A DNA stretch of 64,000 nt from an uncultured virus (IMG/VR IMGVR_UViG_3300018412_000011) (lineage: Duplodnaviria; Heunggongvirae; Uroviricota; Caudoviricetes). The notes under the pieces were generated by a model. The model was not told the DNA's origin, searched no databases, and worked only from the letters and a program-made list of their open reading frames with translations. Every line of letters starts with the position of its first letter. Position 1 is the first letter of the stretch. This document shows positions 51,459 to 62,380 of the stretch, in pieces. Both the position numbers and the translations under genes were made by a program. The stretch lies in IMG/VR virus record IMGVR_UViG_3300018412_000011. The stretch is one strand, 5' to 3'.

Positions 51459-52172
51459 TTAACGCTGAAGGTGAGGTCCCTGTCTGTCGTGATTCAAATG
51501 GTATTGTGGTAAAACTTCCATAGGTCTTCTGCCCCCCATATGTACCCTGAATTGTCTGTCCGATTTTGTTCTTCTCCATAAATCTCTTTTTCTTCCTGAA
51601 TAGATTCCCCCTTTGTCCTTAATAGCTTGAACCCTTGCTAATTGGAAAAATCCTGGTGCTATATCTTTCCCTCTCACCCATTTAACAGGAAATTTAGAAG
51701 CAACTTCCGCAACATTTGGTATCTCACATGGATATTCCTTTTTGTCTTCTTCAAAAAAATCGATACAAAATTGATCACTTAAAGAATGACGATCTGCCCC
51801 GAGAACTTTAGTTTCATCCTTATAGTCATTTGATTCCAACTTCTTTTTAATGTCTTCAAAAAAATAAGGATCATAAACAAGATCTGAATCCGCAAACAAA
51901 ATCCAATCAGCCATAGTTTCTTTAGCTCGAATATTTCTAGGAATAGCTCTGTTGCAAGCTTGTTGTTCAGTCAAAACAACATCGACAATATTCAACCCTT
52001 TTTGCCTGAAAAAATCAACAACCTTTTCAGTTGTTGGATTCCCATTATTAGGAGCATAAGACAAACTTATTTCAATTTCTGGAATATCTCCTTGTTGCTG
52101 AAGGATAGAATTTAACATCCAAGTTAAACGCCTTTGGTAGTTATAACAATGTATGCAAATCTCTAGTTTCAC
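51459..52172 (-). CDS. GT-A (family 2-like) glycosyltransferase
   Basis: CIHCYN, PRN, WILFADSD (DxD) and YHLNH motifs. Confidence 0.8.
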   Translation of the reverse strand: MKLEICIHCYNYQRRLTWMLNSILQQQGDIPEIEISLSYAPNNGNPTTEKVVDFFRQKGLNIVDVVLTEQQACNRAIPRNIRAKETMADWILFADSDLVYDPYFFEDIKKKLESNDYKDETKVLGADRHSLSDQFCIDFFEEDKKEYPCEIPNVAEVASKFPVKWVRGKDIAPGFFQLARVQAIKDKGGIYSGRKRDLWRRTKSDRQFRVHMGGRRPMEVLPQYHLNHDRQGPHLQR

Positions 52173-52771
52173 GATAATTTTTCCTTTATTAACTTGAGAA
52201 CCTTTTTGTTTTCATAATAGCTCTCATGTATCCCAACAAAATCTTTTGAGTGAACAAAGCGATTCGTAGAAAACATAAAATTTTCTACTTGAGTACTTGG
52301 TAATTGAAATGGATAAGCTGCAATATCCATCTTATTTACTATGTTTAAAATAGGATTGTTTGTTTCCGAAATTTTATTTAAAAATTCAAATTCTTCTGAT
52401 TTCCAAAACATATCCAAAACCGAAGCTGGATTCCCCATTGTTATGCAAGGCTTTTCACAAAGCATTGTTAATAAGCTGCCCGCAGAATGTCCTATATAAA
52501 TATCAGCTTTAGGAACTATAATTTTATCAAAATTAGTAACTACATATTGAATATCAAAACATAATTCAGAAATAAACCTTCTTTCTTTTTTGTTCCGAAT
52601 TTTTAATTCGCCTTCCCCATTTAAACCTTGATTTTCCTTATACTGGTCTTTTGTGAACCATAAAACATCTATTTGGCAATCTATATTTTTTTCTAGATTG
52701 TCAACAAAACTTATTATTTTAGACCTTCTCTCTCTTGAGAAACATATACCAGGTATTAAAACTATATCCAT
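52169..52771 (-). CDS. Alpha/beta hydrolase
   Basis: GHSAG nucleophile elbow; NKMD and HESY. Confidence 0.7.
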   Translation of the reverse strand: MDIVLIPGICFSRERRSKIISFVDNLEKNIDCQIDVLWFTKDQYKENQGLNGEGELKIRNKKERRFISELCFDIQYVVTNFDKIIVPKADIYIGHSAGSLLTMLCEKPCITMGNPASVLDMFWKSEEFEFLNKISETNNPILNIVNKMDIAAYPFQLPSTQVENFMFSTNRFVHSKDFVGIHESYYENKKVLKLIKEKLS

Positions 52772-52778
52772 ATTCTCC

Positions 52779-53447
52779 TCATACTTTTACGAAGTACCAA
52801 CTCAATATTCTACCACCAACTGTGTGTAATTTAAAACCATATCTTACACAAAAATCATCTACAACTGTTTTAACATTATAATCTAATTGACTCCCATCAA
52901 AAGCTTTCATTCCTGAATTAGGACCATTTTTGTAGTCATGGCCACTAACAATTCCTCCTATTCTTACCTTGGGAGTCCAACTGTAAATATCTTCAAATAT
53001 TCCCTTTAGACTATGATCTCCATCTATATATAGATAATCTAGAGAGTCATCATCAAACAATTTGGAAGCTTCAAGCCCTGTAGATTGAATAATAGAAACT
53101 CGATCTCCAAATTCTTTTAAATTATTAACAGCTTCTAATTTTCTATTTTTTCCTTTTTTATCAAAAAATTCTGGCCTATAATCTGAACCAAAATCATCAA
53201 TCCAAGGATCAATGCAATATAGTTCTTTTAAATTGGATTTGCTCAATAAGTGTCTAGAAAATTCTCCTTTATCTACTCCAATTTCAGCGCCAACTTTCAA
53301 ATTCATTTTATCAATCATCATAGGAAAAAACTTATCTCTATGATGATTGGATCTTTTTTCAGAACAAATTTCTTTATGAAATTGTTTCACTTGTTCAAGT
53401 GTTTGATTTTTTTCTAAACTGTTCATAAACATTATCAGCATTAGCAA
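52779..53447 (-). CDS. Class I SAM-dependent methyltransferase
   Basis: AEIGVDKG, IDPW, YIDGDH and GGIVSGHDY motifs. Confidence 0.88.
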   Translation of the reverse strand: MLMLIMFMNSLEKNQTLEQVKQFHKEICSEKRSNHHRDKFFPMMIDKMNLKVGAEIGVDKGEFSRHLLSKSNLKELYCIDPWIDDFGSDYRPEFFDKKGKNRKLEAVNNLKEFGDRVSIIQSTGLEASKLFDDDSLDYLYIDGDHSLKGIFEDIYSWTPKVRIGGIVSGHDYKNGPNSGMKAFDGSQLDYNVKTVVDDFCVRYGFKLHTVGGRILSWYFVKV

Positions 53448-53985
53448 ATTGATTCGCTTCTTTTTTAAATGACTTATATATTTTAATATATTTAGGTCTA
53501 AGCCATTTTGTACTAGCGATAAATTTCTTTTTCAACTTTTTTTGTTTAAATTTATAATAATTATTTTTATAAAAATACTTACTTAAATATATAAATAATG
53601 CTTGATTAGAAATTTTATCAGAAAAATTATCTGACCCTGTAGCAATTAAATCCTCATCAATAGAATCCTTTAGTTCTTTGACTTTTTTTTCAAGAGCCAA
53701 ATTCTTTTGAGAATCTAATAAAGCTTCTCTTAAATTGAATTCTTCTTTTTTTAAATTTTTTCTATGATTAATTTCTCTCGGAGCAATTCTAGTTGTGAAT
53801 CGTTTTCCGCATTCGTCTTCAAAAACCTCGGCATCAATAATTTTCATTTCCAAACCTTTTTTATTATTTCGTAAATTAATTCTTTTTGTTCATCGCTAAT
53901 TTTCGTTTGTCTCGACATATCAAAATTCTCTAACATACTCCCCATAACTAAAGTAAGGGTGTTCTGCTTCACATTGTGTAAATCA

Positions 53986-55395
53986 TTATACATCAAAGCG
54001 TCTTACAAAATCTGCTATTCTTGTTTTTTTAGAAGTTTTTTCTTCCTTCAACCACACAATAGCATGAGAAAATGGCAAATAACTTTCGGGAGTTGAATCA
54101 TTTTTATTATAATCCCAGAAAGTTTTTATTTCTGGGAACCTTTTTAACAAATTATTTTCTTTAGAAACTTTTTTACCCGAACAATAAGGACACTTTGAAC
54201 CAGAACATCTTGTCTTAACGCTTGTTTCCCACTCATGTCCCTTTTTACATTTCCACCAAACTTTTCTCCCTGACCCATAAGTTATATTATTTGGATTTAT
54301 AGCATTATTTTTTTGATCATTCCATTCTTTTATTAGTTCAGGGTGGGTTTCGGACAAAGGAGTAGAACAACCAAGATGTGAACTTCTATATTTTAAATAT
54401 TCTTTTTCATTCCAAAAAAAATTTTCTTTCATATATTTTTCCAACTTATTATTTTTACAATCTATTGTTTTTAAAACATAGCAAATCTTATTAATAATCT
54501 CTTTATGGTGGGTGAAATTATTGCATTTAATATCCCAATTGTTAATTTTATCCAAAGGAAACTCTCTAATTCTTAAAACTTCAATTCCTTTATTTTTAAA
54601 ATAAATATTTTTGTTTTTATCATTTTTTATCCTATTCTTGTGCCAATACCCACCATCTATTTCGATTCCAATTTTTATCGAAGGTATAAAAACATCTAGT
54701 TCTTTTCTGCCTTCCTTGTAGTGCCAAATAGAATCTAGATATATTGCTTTAATCTCTGAAAATACCCTTATTTCCATATCAGAATATTTGTTTTTACAAA
54801 AAGGGCAACTAGTCCCTCTGACTCTAGCTGCAATGGTTGCTTTCCATTCATGTCCAAATTTACATTTCCAATGAACCTTTAAACCCTTACCTTGAGTCAT
54901 ATTTTTAGGATCTATACTATTTTTTTCGTAATCCCATTCTTTCATAATGGGTAAATCTAAAATGCTATTTTTTTCTGAGGGCAAAAAACCTTTACAATAA
55001 GGACATCCTATTTTAGTTTTAATATTTCCCAGTTGATGAGGAGAAGCTTTCCATTCATGTCCATCATTGCAAACCCACCAAACCTTTTTGGTTGAAGCTG
55101 GCAATATATCTCTAGGAGATATATTGTTTTTTTTATAATTCCATGTTTTGAGCAAATCAGGTCGTTTAATCTCAAGGTTGTTTTCTTGACAAACCTTGCC
55201 TCCTTTACAGTAAGGACATCCTCTTTTTAAATACAATCTATTAGCTATTTTAGCTTCCCACTCATGTCCTTTTTCACAAACCCATAAAGCTTTTTCATTA
55301 AGATTGTATATTTCTTTCTTTTCAAAATTGCTTAAATCCCATTCTTTTATCAAATTTTCTTCATTCAATCTAATTAACAAATCTTCTTTTTTCAT
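53986..55395 (-). CDS. Zn-ribbon repeat protein with a Vsr/DUF559-like endonuclease domain (probable homing endonuclease)
   Basis: Four WxCxxGHEW...CPYC repeats; ELDVFIP...IEIDGGYWH...VLRIRE. Confidence 0.8.
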   Translation of the reverse strand: MKKEDLLIRLNEENLIKEWDLSNFEKKEIYNLNEKALWVCEKGHEWEAKIANRLYLKRGCPYCKGGKVCQENNLEIKRPDLLKTWNYKKNNISPRDILPASTKKVWWVCNDGHEWKASPHQLGNIKTKIGCPYCKGFLPSEKNSILDLPIMKEWDYEKNSIDPKNMTQGKGLKVHWKCKFGHEWKATIAARVRGTSCPFCKNKYSDMEIRVFSEIKAIYLDSIWHYKEGRKELDVFIPSIKIGIEIDGGYWHKNRIKNDKNKNIYFKNKGIEVLRIREFPLDKINNWDIKCNNFTHHKEIINKICYVLKTIDCKNNKLEKYMKENFFWNEKEYLKYRSSHLGCSTPLSETHPELIKEWNDQKNNAINPNNITYGSGRKVWWKCKKGHEWETSVKTRCSGSKCPYCSGKKVSKENNLLKRFPEIKTFWDYNKNDSTPESYLPFSHAIVWLKEEKTSKKTRIADFVRRFDV

Positions 55396-55443
55396 AAATA
55401 TTATTACAACAAAAATAAATAAATTCCCTATGATGAATATTTA

Positions 55444-56238
55444 TTATTTTGATTTATTGTTGAATGAATAAATTTCTAAATTTGTTTTCCCTCCCCATCC
55501 GTTGGGATTAACTTCATGTAACTCCCTATTAGAATAAAGAATTTTTTTATTTTTTTCTTGGCATTTCAGATCATGCTTAATATTCATTTTTTCATGAGGT
55601 TGATGAAATAATTGAATAATATCTCTCCCCTCTCCAATCCACCGAACAGGAATTCCAATTTTTTTAACCCTATTTAATAAATCATAATCTTCACTTCCCC
55701 AACCAACAAATTTTTCATCAAACCCTCTTACTTTTTTCCAATTATCAATAGAAGTGCATTGACAGCCTCCAGCGCTTGTCCGTTTTTTAATTCTACCATG
55801 ATCTCTTAATTTATTTAAATTTTTAATATCTATTTCTCCCTTATACAAGGGTTCTGATGTACATTTTTTCCAATAAAGAGTTCTTGATTCAACAAAACAG
55901 TCTTCATTGTTCAATTCCTTCATTACATTAAAAATAAAATCAGGACCGAAAAACATATCTACATCCGTTGTAAGAACATATTCAGTATTCGCATTTAAAA
56001 TCCCAACATTATTTAATTTTGCTCTTTCAAATTCCTCCCCTATATTATGTTGAATAACATCCATAAAAGGAATAGAATCCATTTGTTTCAATAACTTTGC
56101 ATAATTGGTTGATCCTCCATCAACCAAAAGAACTTTGAAGTCTTTAAAAGATTGGTTATTCAAACTCTTAATAAAAAATTTAGAGGAATTTGTGTCCAGA
56201 TCAAATCTGTCTCTATTAGATACCACTAAAGTAATCAT
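55444..56238 (-). CDS. GT-A glycosyltransferase (galactosyltransferase-like C-terminus)
   Basis: VDGGST, TDVD and GFDEKFVGWGSED motifs. Confidence 0.85.
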   Translation of the reverse strand: MITLVVSNRDRFDLDTNSSKFFIKSLNNQSFKDFKVLLVDGGSTNYAKLLKQMDSIPFMDVIQHNIGEEFERAKLNNVGILNANTEYVLTTDVDMFFGPDFIFNVMKELNNEDCFVESRTLYWKKCTSEPLYKGEIDIKNLNKLRDHGRIKKRTSAGGCQCTSIDNWKKVRGFDEKFVGWGSEDYDLLNRVKKIGIPVRWIGEGRDIIQLFHQPHEKMNIKHDLKCQEKNKKILYSNRELHEVNPNGWGGKTNLEIYSFNNKSK

Positions 56239-56241
56239 GTA

Positions 56242-56885
56242 TCAAAAAGAATGCCCTAAATCTAGAATTTTTAAATTCATTTCATTGTCCCAACCAACAT
56301 TTCTATAGTGAATATCTTTTGCTTTTCCCCAAAACCCTTGTTTGACTAAATCATAAAAAAATTGTTTAATTTTTTGAATCATGCCCTTAATATTTTCATA
56401 AGGAATATTAACTTTAATATATTTATAAATATTATCTATTGACTCTTTAACAAATTTATCTATATCACAATGAAAAACAGAAATAATGCATTTAAAAATT
56501 TTATTAAAAACCAACTTTTCTTTTTGATTTAAGGGTTTTAATTTTTCTAACAGAATATACTTTAATTTTTGATTAACTTCATAAACTTTTGCATGAACAG
56601 AAGATTCGTTATTCATTAAATTTAAAGCACTTTCAAATTCACTTTCGTTAGAAGTCAATTTAAGAACTTTATCTCCTAAATCATATGCTATTCCTTGAGT
56701 ACCTGAACCAATTGGATTGGCATTAGGATGTTGTTTTTCTATTAAAGAAACTATTTCTTTTGGATATATCTCATCGACATTGTATATCCCTTCGTATAAG
56801 AAATTCTCATTATCAAAGTCTTGAAGTTTTTTTCGTAAACCTCCCCTTCAAAAGGAACGGCCATATTAATTTTGTAAATTCTCAT
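56242..56885 (-). CDS. Protein-kinase-like gene split by a -1 frameshift near its 5' end
   Basis: The kinase frame has IGSGTQGIAY, VLK, DIHYRN and ILDLG but no start upstream of the Gly loop. ATG at 56885 (MRIYKI...) joins it by a -1 shift at A-AAA-AAC (56826-56832). Confidence 0.65.
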
Positions 56886-56924
56886 AACAATTATTTTTCT
56901 ACAAAAATCAACAAAATCCTTTAT

Positions 56925-57623
56925 TTAGCCTTGAAAATGTATGAAATTCACATTCTTTTTTTCCAACATTTTTGAATCAAAAGAAGATGCTTTATGTAAG
57001 TTAACAAACATAGGTTCAAAATTATTCCAATAATGCCCTATCCCTTTCCAAGACCCCCCACTTAATTGTTCAACTATTTTTGCCCAAGCTGGTTCATCAT
57101 TGTCTTGTTTGTTTCCCTCCCAATGCTTAATGCAATCATAAATTAAATCGGGATTTCGCAAATATATAAAACCTCCATTCGGAACTTTTCTCAAATCATA
57201 TTTTCTCCAAGGACATTTTCTTCTATGATATAATTGAAGATTGGCTTGAAATTCTCGTTTATTTCTTAATCCTTTCCAAAAATCATTAGAAAGTTTTTTT
57301 TGCAAAAAGCAATCCCAATCCAAATAAACAAACTCTTGCAAGCTATCATTTTCTATCGCCCATTTAATAATTTCTAACTTATTTCTATATTGATACTTTT
57401 TTAAATCAAACTTATACGGTTCCTCACAAATTAATTGGCAATTAATTCCTTTTTTTAAACATTTTTCGTAATTATCAATGCCCATAACATAAGTTTTAAA
57501 ATCAACTTGATACGGACTTTGTATAACTTTTTCAATATCCTTATCAATTTGCGATCTTCGTTTGGTTATTCGATGAGAATTATCGTAAATACCCCATATT
57601 CCTCTAATAAAAATCTCTTTCAT
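56925..57623 (-). CDS. Nucleotide-diphospho-sugar transferase-like protein (paralog of 58366-59091)
   Basis: VYLDWDC (DxD) and NGGFIY motifs. Confidence 0.7.
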   Translation of the reverse strand: MKEIFIRGIWGIYDNSHRITKRRSQIDKDIEKVIQSPYQVDFKTYVMGIDNYEKCLKKGINCQLICEEPYKFDLKKYQYRNKLEIIKWAIENDSLQEFVYLDWDCFLQKKLSNDFWKGLRNKREFQANLQLYHRRKCPWRKYDLRKVPNGGFIYLRNPDLIYDCIKHWEGNKQDNDEPAWAKIVEQLSGGSWKGIGHYWNNFEPMFVNLHKASSFDSKMLEKKNVNFIHFQG

Positions 57624-58366
57624 CCTTGAGCCTTTACGTTTTCTAGAATCTTCAAATAATAATTGTTTATTCTATCATTGTCTTTTAATAAAATCATACT
57701 TGGATTGTTAACATTTTGATGGCGTTTTAAGAAATTGTCGTTAGAAAAACTACTTCCTCCCCCTCCAGAACTTTTTTGTTCCTTATACTTATCATTAAAA
57801 AATGTATCAGCCATTGCAGAAATCTTTCTTCTATATTCCTTATTTAAAACCCATTCATCATAATATAAAGAAACTTTATTTGGGATATAAGATGTTTCTC
57901 CTAAAAATTCTTGAGCATAGCTAATCCAAGAATTAATAAACAAATCAACATTATTTTTGAAAGGGCTTTTGTATTTCCATTGTATCAAACTTGCATAGAC
58001 ATTATAAGGGTTGCGTAATAACAAAATATTTTTATTATTCTCCGAACCTAACTTTTCAAAGTCATTTCTTAGAAAAGACCATTCCTCTTTATAAAAGTTT
58101 TTTATATTAGAGGTTAATGCTTTTTGTTCGGCCTTTAATACTAACCCATTTACATTTAACTGTTTAATATCTTTAAAAATATCATTTTTATTACCTACTC
58201 TTTTCTCTATTGTTTTTTCGCTAGTATAATAGGGAGATTTTTTTCTGTAAAATATTTCGCTATAGCTAGCAAACAAAGAAGAATCGAATTGTCCTGCAAA
58301 CCATGAACTAACTGCATGAGTGCCAGATCTTCCAATCCCAATCACTTCTATCTTTTGGAAACCCAT
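57620..58366 (-). CDS. Sulfotransferase-like protein (paralog of 59081-59869)
   Basis: GIGRSGTHA and LLRNPYNVYAS, matching the 5'-PSB and 3'-PB motifs. Confidence 0.7.
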   Translation of the reverse strand: MGFQKIEVIGIGRSGTHAVSSWFAGQFDSSLFASYSEIFYRKKSPYYTSEKTIEKRVGNKNDIFKDIKQLNVNGLVLKAEQKALTSNIKNFYKEEWSFLRNDFEKLGSENNKNILLLRNPYNVYASLIQWKYKSPFKNNVDLFINSWISYAQEFLGETSYIPNKVSLYYDEWVLNKEYRRKISAMADTFFNDKYKEQKSSGGGGSSFSNDNFLKRHQNVNNPSMILLKDNDRINNYYLKILENVKAQG

Positions 58367-59091
58367 TATCCTTCTAGTTTCCTTTTAACCTGTCGTGCAT
58401 TATAATGTTTAAAAGTTAAATCTTTCGTTTGCAACAAAGATTTTTCATAAACATATCCTTCATCCAAAACAAAAAAATTTGGTTCAAAATTATCCCAATA
58501 ATAGTCTATCCCTTTCCAAGACCCCCCACTTAATTGTTCCATATATTTCATGATTACAATTTCTTCAGACCAAGGTTTCCCCATATTTTCCCATAAATCA
58601 ACTAAATCTTGTCCTACTTTAACGTCATTGATGTAAACAAAACTAGCACAAGGTATTTTGCGTTGATCTTTCTTTCTCCAATAAGCCTTTCTTCTTTTGT
58701 ACATTCTAAGGACAGCTTGTATCTTCTCTAATTCTCTTAATTTTTCCCAAAAAAGACAAGGAAGGGGCTTAATCGCTTGACAATCCCAATCAAGGAACAC
58801 AATTTCATCAAACTCTTCAATTCCTCTTTTAAATGCTTCTATTTTGTGTCGAAATTGTTGAGTTGCCATATCCCAAACGATAGGTTTTGTATCAATTAAT
58901 TCGCAGTCTTCAATGCCATGATCTTGTAAAAAACTAAAATTGTCTTTACCGAAAACATAAGTTTTAAACTCAACTTTGTATGGATTTTGCAACAAAAGCT
59001 TAATGTCAACTTCCATTTTTTTTCTTCGATGTTTGTTTTTATCAGAAGCATCATATTCTCCCCATAATGTTCTGATAAATTTACTTTTCAT
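58366..59091 (-). CDS. Nucleotide-diphospho-sugar transferase-like protein
   Basis: VFLDWDC; shares EQLSGGSWKGI with 56925-57623. Confidence 0.7.
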   Translation of the reverse strand: MKSKFIRTLWGEYDASDKNKHRRKKMEVDIKLLLQNPYKVEFKTYVFGKDNFSFLQDHGIEDCELIDTKPIVWDMATQQFRHKIEAFKRGIEEFDEIVFLDWDCQAIKPLPCLFWEKLRELEKIQAVLRMYKRRKAYWRKKDQRKIPCASFVYINDVKVGQDLVDLWENMGKPWSEEIVIMKYMEQLSGGSWKGIDYYWDNFEPNFFVLDEGYVYEKSLLQTKDLTFKHYNARQVKRKLEG

Positions 59092-59869
59092 TTATTCTGC
59101 CCCATAATTTTTTAACTTCTTTGTTTTTACATAATTCCTTGTAATAACTCTTCTTGTCTTTAGGAATATCTTTACTTCTATCTAAGACTTTCATTTTTTG
59201 AGCCTCTTCTTTTAATTTCATAGAATCAAAACTGCTCCCCCAACTTTTCCTATAACCAATTTTCATAACAATATTTAATCTTTCATCTGAAAAATCTAAA
59301 CCTAATTTTTCAGAAATGTTTTTGCGATAATCTTCGTTTTTAAACCAATGGTCAAAAACTACGGGAACTTTGTCAACGGGCAAACAACTTGGTTCTCCCA
59401 AAAAAGCCTTAGCATATCGAATCCAAATGCTAGAAAAATTTTTAGGATGTTTTAATCTAGACGCAAACTTCCAATTTAATACACTAGCATAATGGTTATA
59501 AGGATCTCTAATTACCATAATATTATGTCTTTTTTTTGAGAATTGATTCTCTTTAAAATTAGACAATATTCGAAACTTATTTTTATTTAAATTTGGATTT
59601 AATGCCAGAGTTCCTTTAGAAAACTCTGTTCCCAAAATAAAATTTTTAACTTTACGAAAATCTTGAGTTTCTACCCAATCAAATTTGCCTCTTTGAAAAT
59701 ACCAAAAAGGAGGTTCTATGCCAACTAGATTTTTCTCATCTACAGAAGTCATGCAATTTTTAAAACCCACTTCATCAAAATGTCCAATAAGCCATGAGAT
59801 GATAGCATGCTGTCCTGTTCTTTGGATACCATAGACATGTATCTCATTATCTAAAAGAAAGTCTGTCAT
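59081..59869 (-). CDS. Sulfotransferase-like protein
   Basis: GIQRTGQHA and VIRDPYNHYAS motifs. Confidence 0.7.
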   Translation of the reverse strand: MTDFLLDNEIHVYGIQRTGQHAIISWLIGHFDEVGFKNCMTSVDEKNLVGIEPPFWYFQRGKFDWVETQDFRKVKNFILGTEFSKGTLALNPNLNKNKFRILSNFKENQFSKKRHNIMVIRDPYNHYASVLNWKFASRLKHPKNFSSIWIRYAKAFLGEPSCLPVDKVPVVFDHWFKNEDYRKNISEKLGLDFSDERLNIVMKIGYRKSWGSSFDSMKLKEEAQKMKVLDRSKDIPKDKKSYYKELCKNKEVKKLWGRINEK

Positions 59870-61587
59870 TTAATTTCCCTTATTTCAACCTCGCATTCTT
59901 CTAAATCAACAGAGGTATCAGATGTAGGATTGACAATAGAAAAATTGCTTTTCTTCATCTGTTCTTTAAAAAATTGATTTTGGTTTCTGTAATCTTCATC
60001 AACTCTACCGTTTTGTTCATCTACTTCTTTTAGCTTTTTTCTAATCGCCTCAACTCCATGTCTTCCGTTCCCTTGAGTAAACCCATGATGTTTTTTAAAA
60101 TTTGCATGTCCCCCCAAATGAGGATCAAACCTATCGCAAACAAAAAACATGAATGTATCTTGGGTTGGAGCGGGCAACTTTCTTTTTCTGCATAATTTTA
60201 CACAAAACTTCGTGAATTTTGTTTTGTGTAATTGAATAAATGAAATAGTTCTTTTCTTATTGTGGTAGAACCGTCTACCTTCTATTCTGCCTTCTTCAAT
60301 CATAGGAGAAGCCTTCTTAAGCTTTCTTCGCCAATGCCCTTTAGCCCATTCATCTAATGCTCGAATATGGTTAGGGCGACTATAGCCCCATTTATGTCCA
60401 CAATAAGCATATTCTTTCATGTCGTCTGAGTAAAGAGGTTTATCATTTGTAGCAAAAGAATCTGCATCCAACTTCAACCAATAATCGGTTTTAACATATT
60501 CTGCTGTTCCAAAAACAAAAGCAGAGAGCATTAATTCTCTATGATCAGTTACTCCATCAAGTTTTGATTCATCCCAAGGAATTAAAGTTATATTTTTTTG
60601 TTTAAGAAAATTGAGTCTTTCATCCTCAAGATCTATTCCATTAACAAATACAATTATTGGATGTTTATCAACTCTCTTATATTTAACCCAATTAGGGAAA
60701 GTTTCTCGTAAAATTTCAACATATTTTTCATCGCAAGCAGTTACAATTGTCACATCTTGTTCAGGGTCTAGATATTTTCTTAATCTCTTATCTGCATACT
60801 GTAAATATGAATTTATGTTAGCAGTATCTTTTTTTCTCATCTCTTCAAAAAGATTTTTCCATATATAACAATTTTTATGGCTCAAGACATGCTTTTTCCC
60901 ATGAAAATGCCAAACTCTAATGTCGTCAGATTTATTATGATCATGAAGAACTGAAACATTAAATTTAGAAGGAGCTATATATACACTTAAGCCCCAATTC
61001 TGAGCCGAAGGATATAAAACTTGAAAAGCTTTTTCGTCGGAAATAAAAAATCGACCTTTATCAGCTAATTTAACCCAATCAGTGGCAAAAAGGTTCCATT
61101 TTTCAGATTTTTTCCAAGACAATACTCCAGTATTTATTGCTGGGTGATGCCTTAATGCTTCATCAACAAATTTATCTTCCGCTATGCCTTTAAAATCTAA
61201 AATCCTTTTTGAAATTTTTGGACCATCTGACCACCAATTAGCAAAATGAGGTATTACAACATCTGCTTTATCAAGAGAATCAAACATTTCATCTAGCTTG
61301 CCAACTACAATTGTATCAGAATCTAACCAAAGAGTTCTATCATATGGTGATTTAGTAAACATATCAGTTTTTCTTGTTAATGTTTTGTATTCTTTTTTAA
61401 AATCATTGTGAACAATATCAACATCAAAATATCGGCAAACATCATCAAATTCCGAAGGAGTGTCTTCTAAATAAAAAGTTATTGGCCCCTTCCAATGTTT
61501 ACGAAGACTATATAGACAAACTATAGCTCTTACAATGCAAGATGTCCCTCTATTAAACATAATTATTCCCTTACTATTATCGACCAT
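59866..61587 (-). CDS. Two-domain GT-A glycosyltransferase (family 8-like)
   Basis: WLDSD, NTGV and HFHG in domain 1; VTACD and KLDAD in domain 2. Confidence 0.8.
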   Translation of the reverse strand: MVDNSKGIIMFNRGTSCIVRAIVCLYSLRKHWKGPITFYLEDTPSEFDDVCRYFDVDIVHNDFKKEYKTLTRKTDMFTKSPYDRTLWLDSDTIVVGKLDEMFDSLDKADVVIPHFANWWSDGPKISKRILDFKGIAEDKFVDEALRHHPAINTGVLSWKKSEKWNLFATDWVKLADKGRFFISDEKAFQVLYPSAQNWGLSVYIAPSKFNVSVLHDHNKSDDIRVWHFHGKKHVLSHKNCYIWKNLFEEMRKKDTANINSYLQYADKRLRKYLDPEQDVTIVTACDEKYVEILRETFPNWVKYKRVDKHPIIVFVNGIDLEDERLNFLKQKNITLIPWDESKLDGVTDHRELMLSAFVFGTAEYVKTDYWLKLDADSFATNDKPLYSDDMKEYAYCGHKWGYSRPNHIRALDEWAKGHWRRKLKKASPMIEEGRIEGRRFYHNKKRTISFIQLHKTKFTKFCVKLCRKRKLPAPTQDTFMFFVCDRFDPHLGGHANFKKHHGFTQGNGRHGVEAIRKKLKEVDEQNGRVDEDYRNQNQFFKEQMKKSNFSIVNPTSDTSVDLEECEVEIREIK

Positions 61588-61630
61588 TGAATTTCACCTT
61601 AATATTTAAGATATTATACATCAAAAAACC

Positions 61631-62380
61631 TTAAGAATAAAAGGTTTTGATCTCAAATATTAAGTTCATCGGATTTATTTCTATGCTTTTACTATCTTTA
61701 GGATAATAAACCTCTCGTCGTTCATCATATTCGAAATCAGAAGACATATCTAACCTAATGTCCCCTTGAGTTTCTCGAATATCTTTCCCTAAAGTTTGTA
61801 GCATATTATATTGTTGAGGCGTAGGTTTCCTATAAATATCTATTCCACAAAATGTCATGCTTTTGTCACAAACAATTCTTATTGCCCCTCTCATCATAAA
61901 TTCTTGCATACCCTTTGTAGATCCATCATAAATAGTTCTATGATCTTTTCTATCTCCATTCCCAGCATGGAAATCCATTCCTTCTCCATTGGGGAGAATG
62001 TAACCTACATGAGGCCAAAAAGTACTTCTAGGGGTTTCTTCTATCTTCTTTTCAAAATTTTCTTCCATTGTTAATTCTTTATAGGGTTCATAATATTCAT
62101 CATGACCCGATTCAACAATATCAAGAATTAAATCGCTTGCTTCTTCTAAAGAAGAACATATTTCATATTGTTTCCCTAAAACATTTGGGATAAAAACATT
62201 GTCATCTTCTTGCCATATGCTAACTAAATTTGCGTCTACTCCTCTTAAAATATACTCGCTGCCATTAACTTGCCAATCTGAATGATGAATAATAGATTGG
62301 CTAGAGTTTTCTCTGTTCATCGCTTCTTCCACACGAGAATATAAATTTTCAAATTTATTGGCTATTTTGTAAATTTTCAT
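61631..62380 (-). CDS. Hypothetical protein
   Basis: 249-aa ORF; GYILPNG...DHR...GAIR motif. Confidence 0.55.
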   Translation of the reverse strand: MKIYKIANKFENLYSRVEEAMNRENSSQSIIHHSDWQVNGSEYILRGVDANLVSIWQEDDNVFIPNVLGKQYEICSSLEEASDLILDIVESGHDEYYEPYKELTMEENFEKKIEETPRSTFWPHVGYILPNGEGMDFHAGNGDRKDHRTIYDGSTKGMQEFMMRGAIRIVCDKSMTFCGIDIYRKPTPQQYNMLQTLGKDIRETQGDIRLDMSSDFEYDERREVYYPKDSKSIEINPMNLIFEIKTFYS

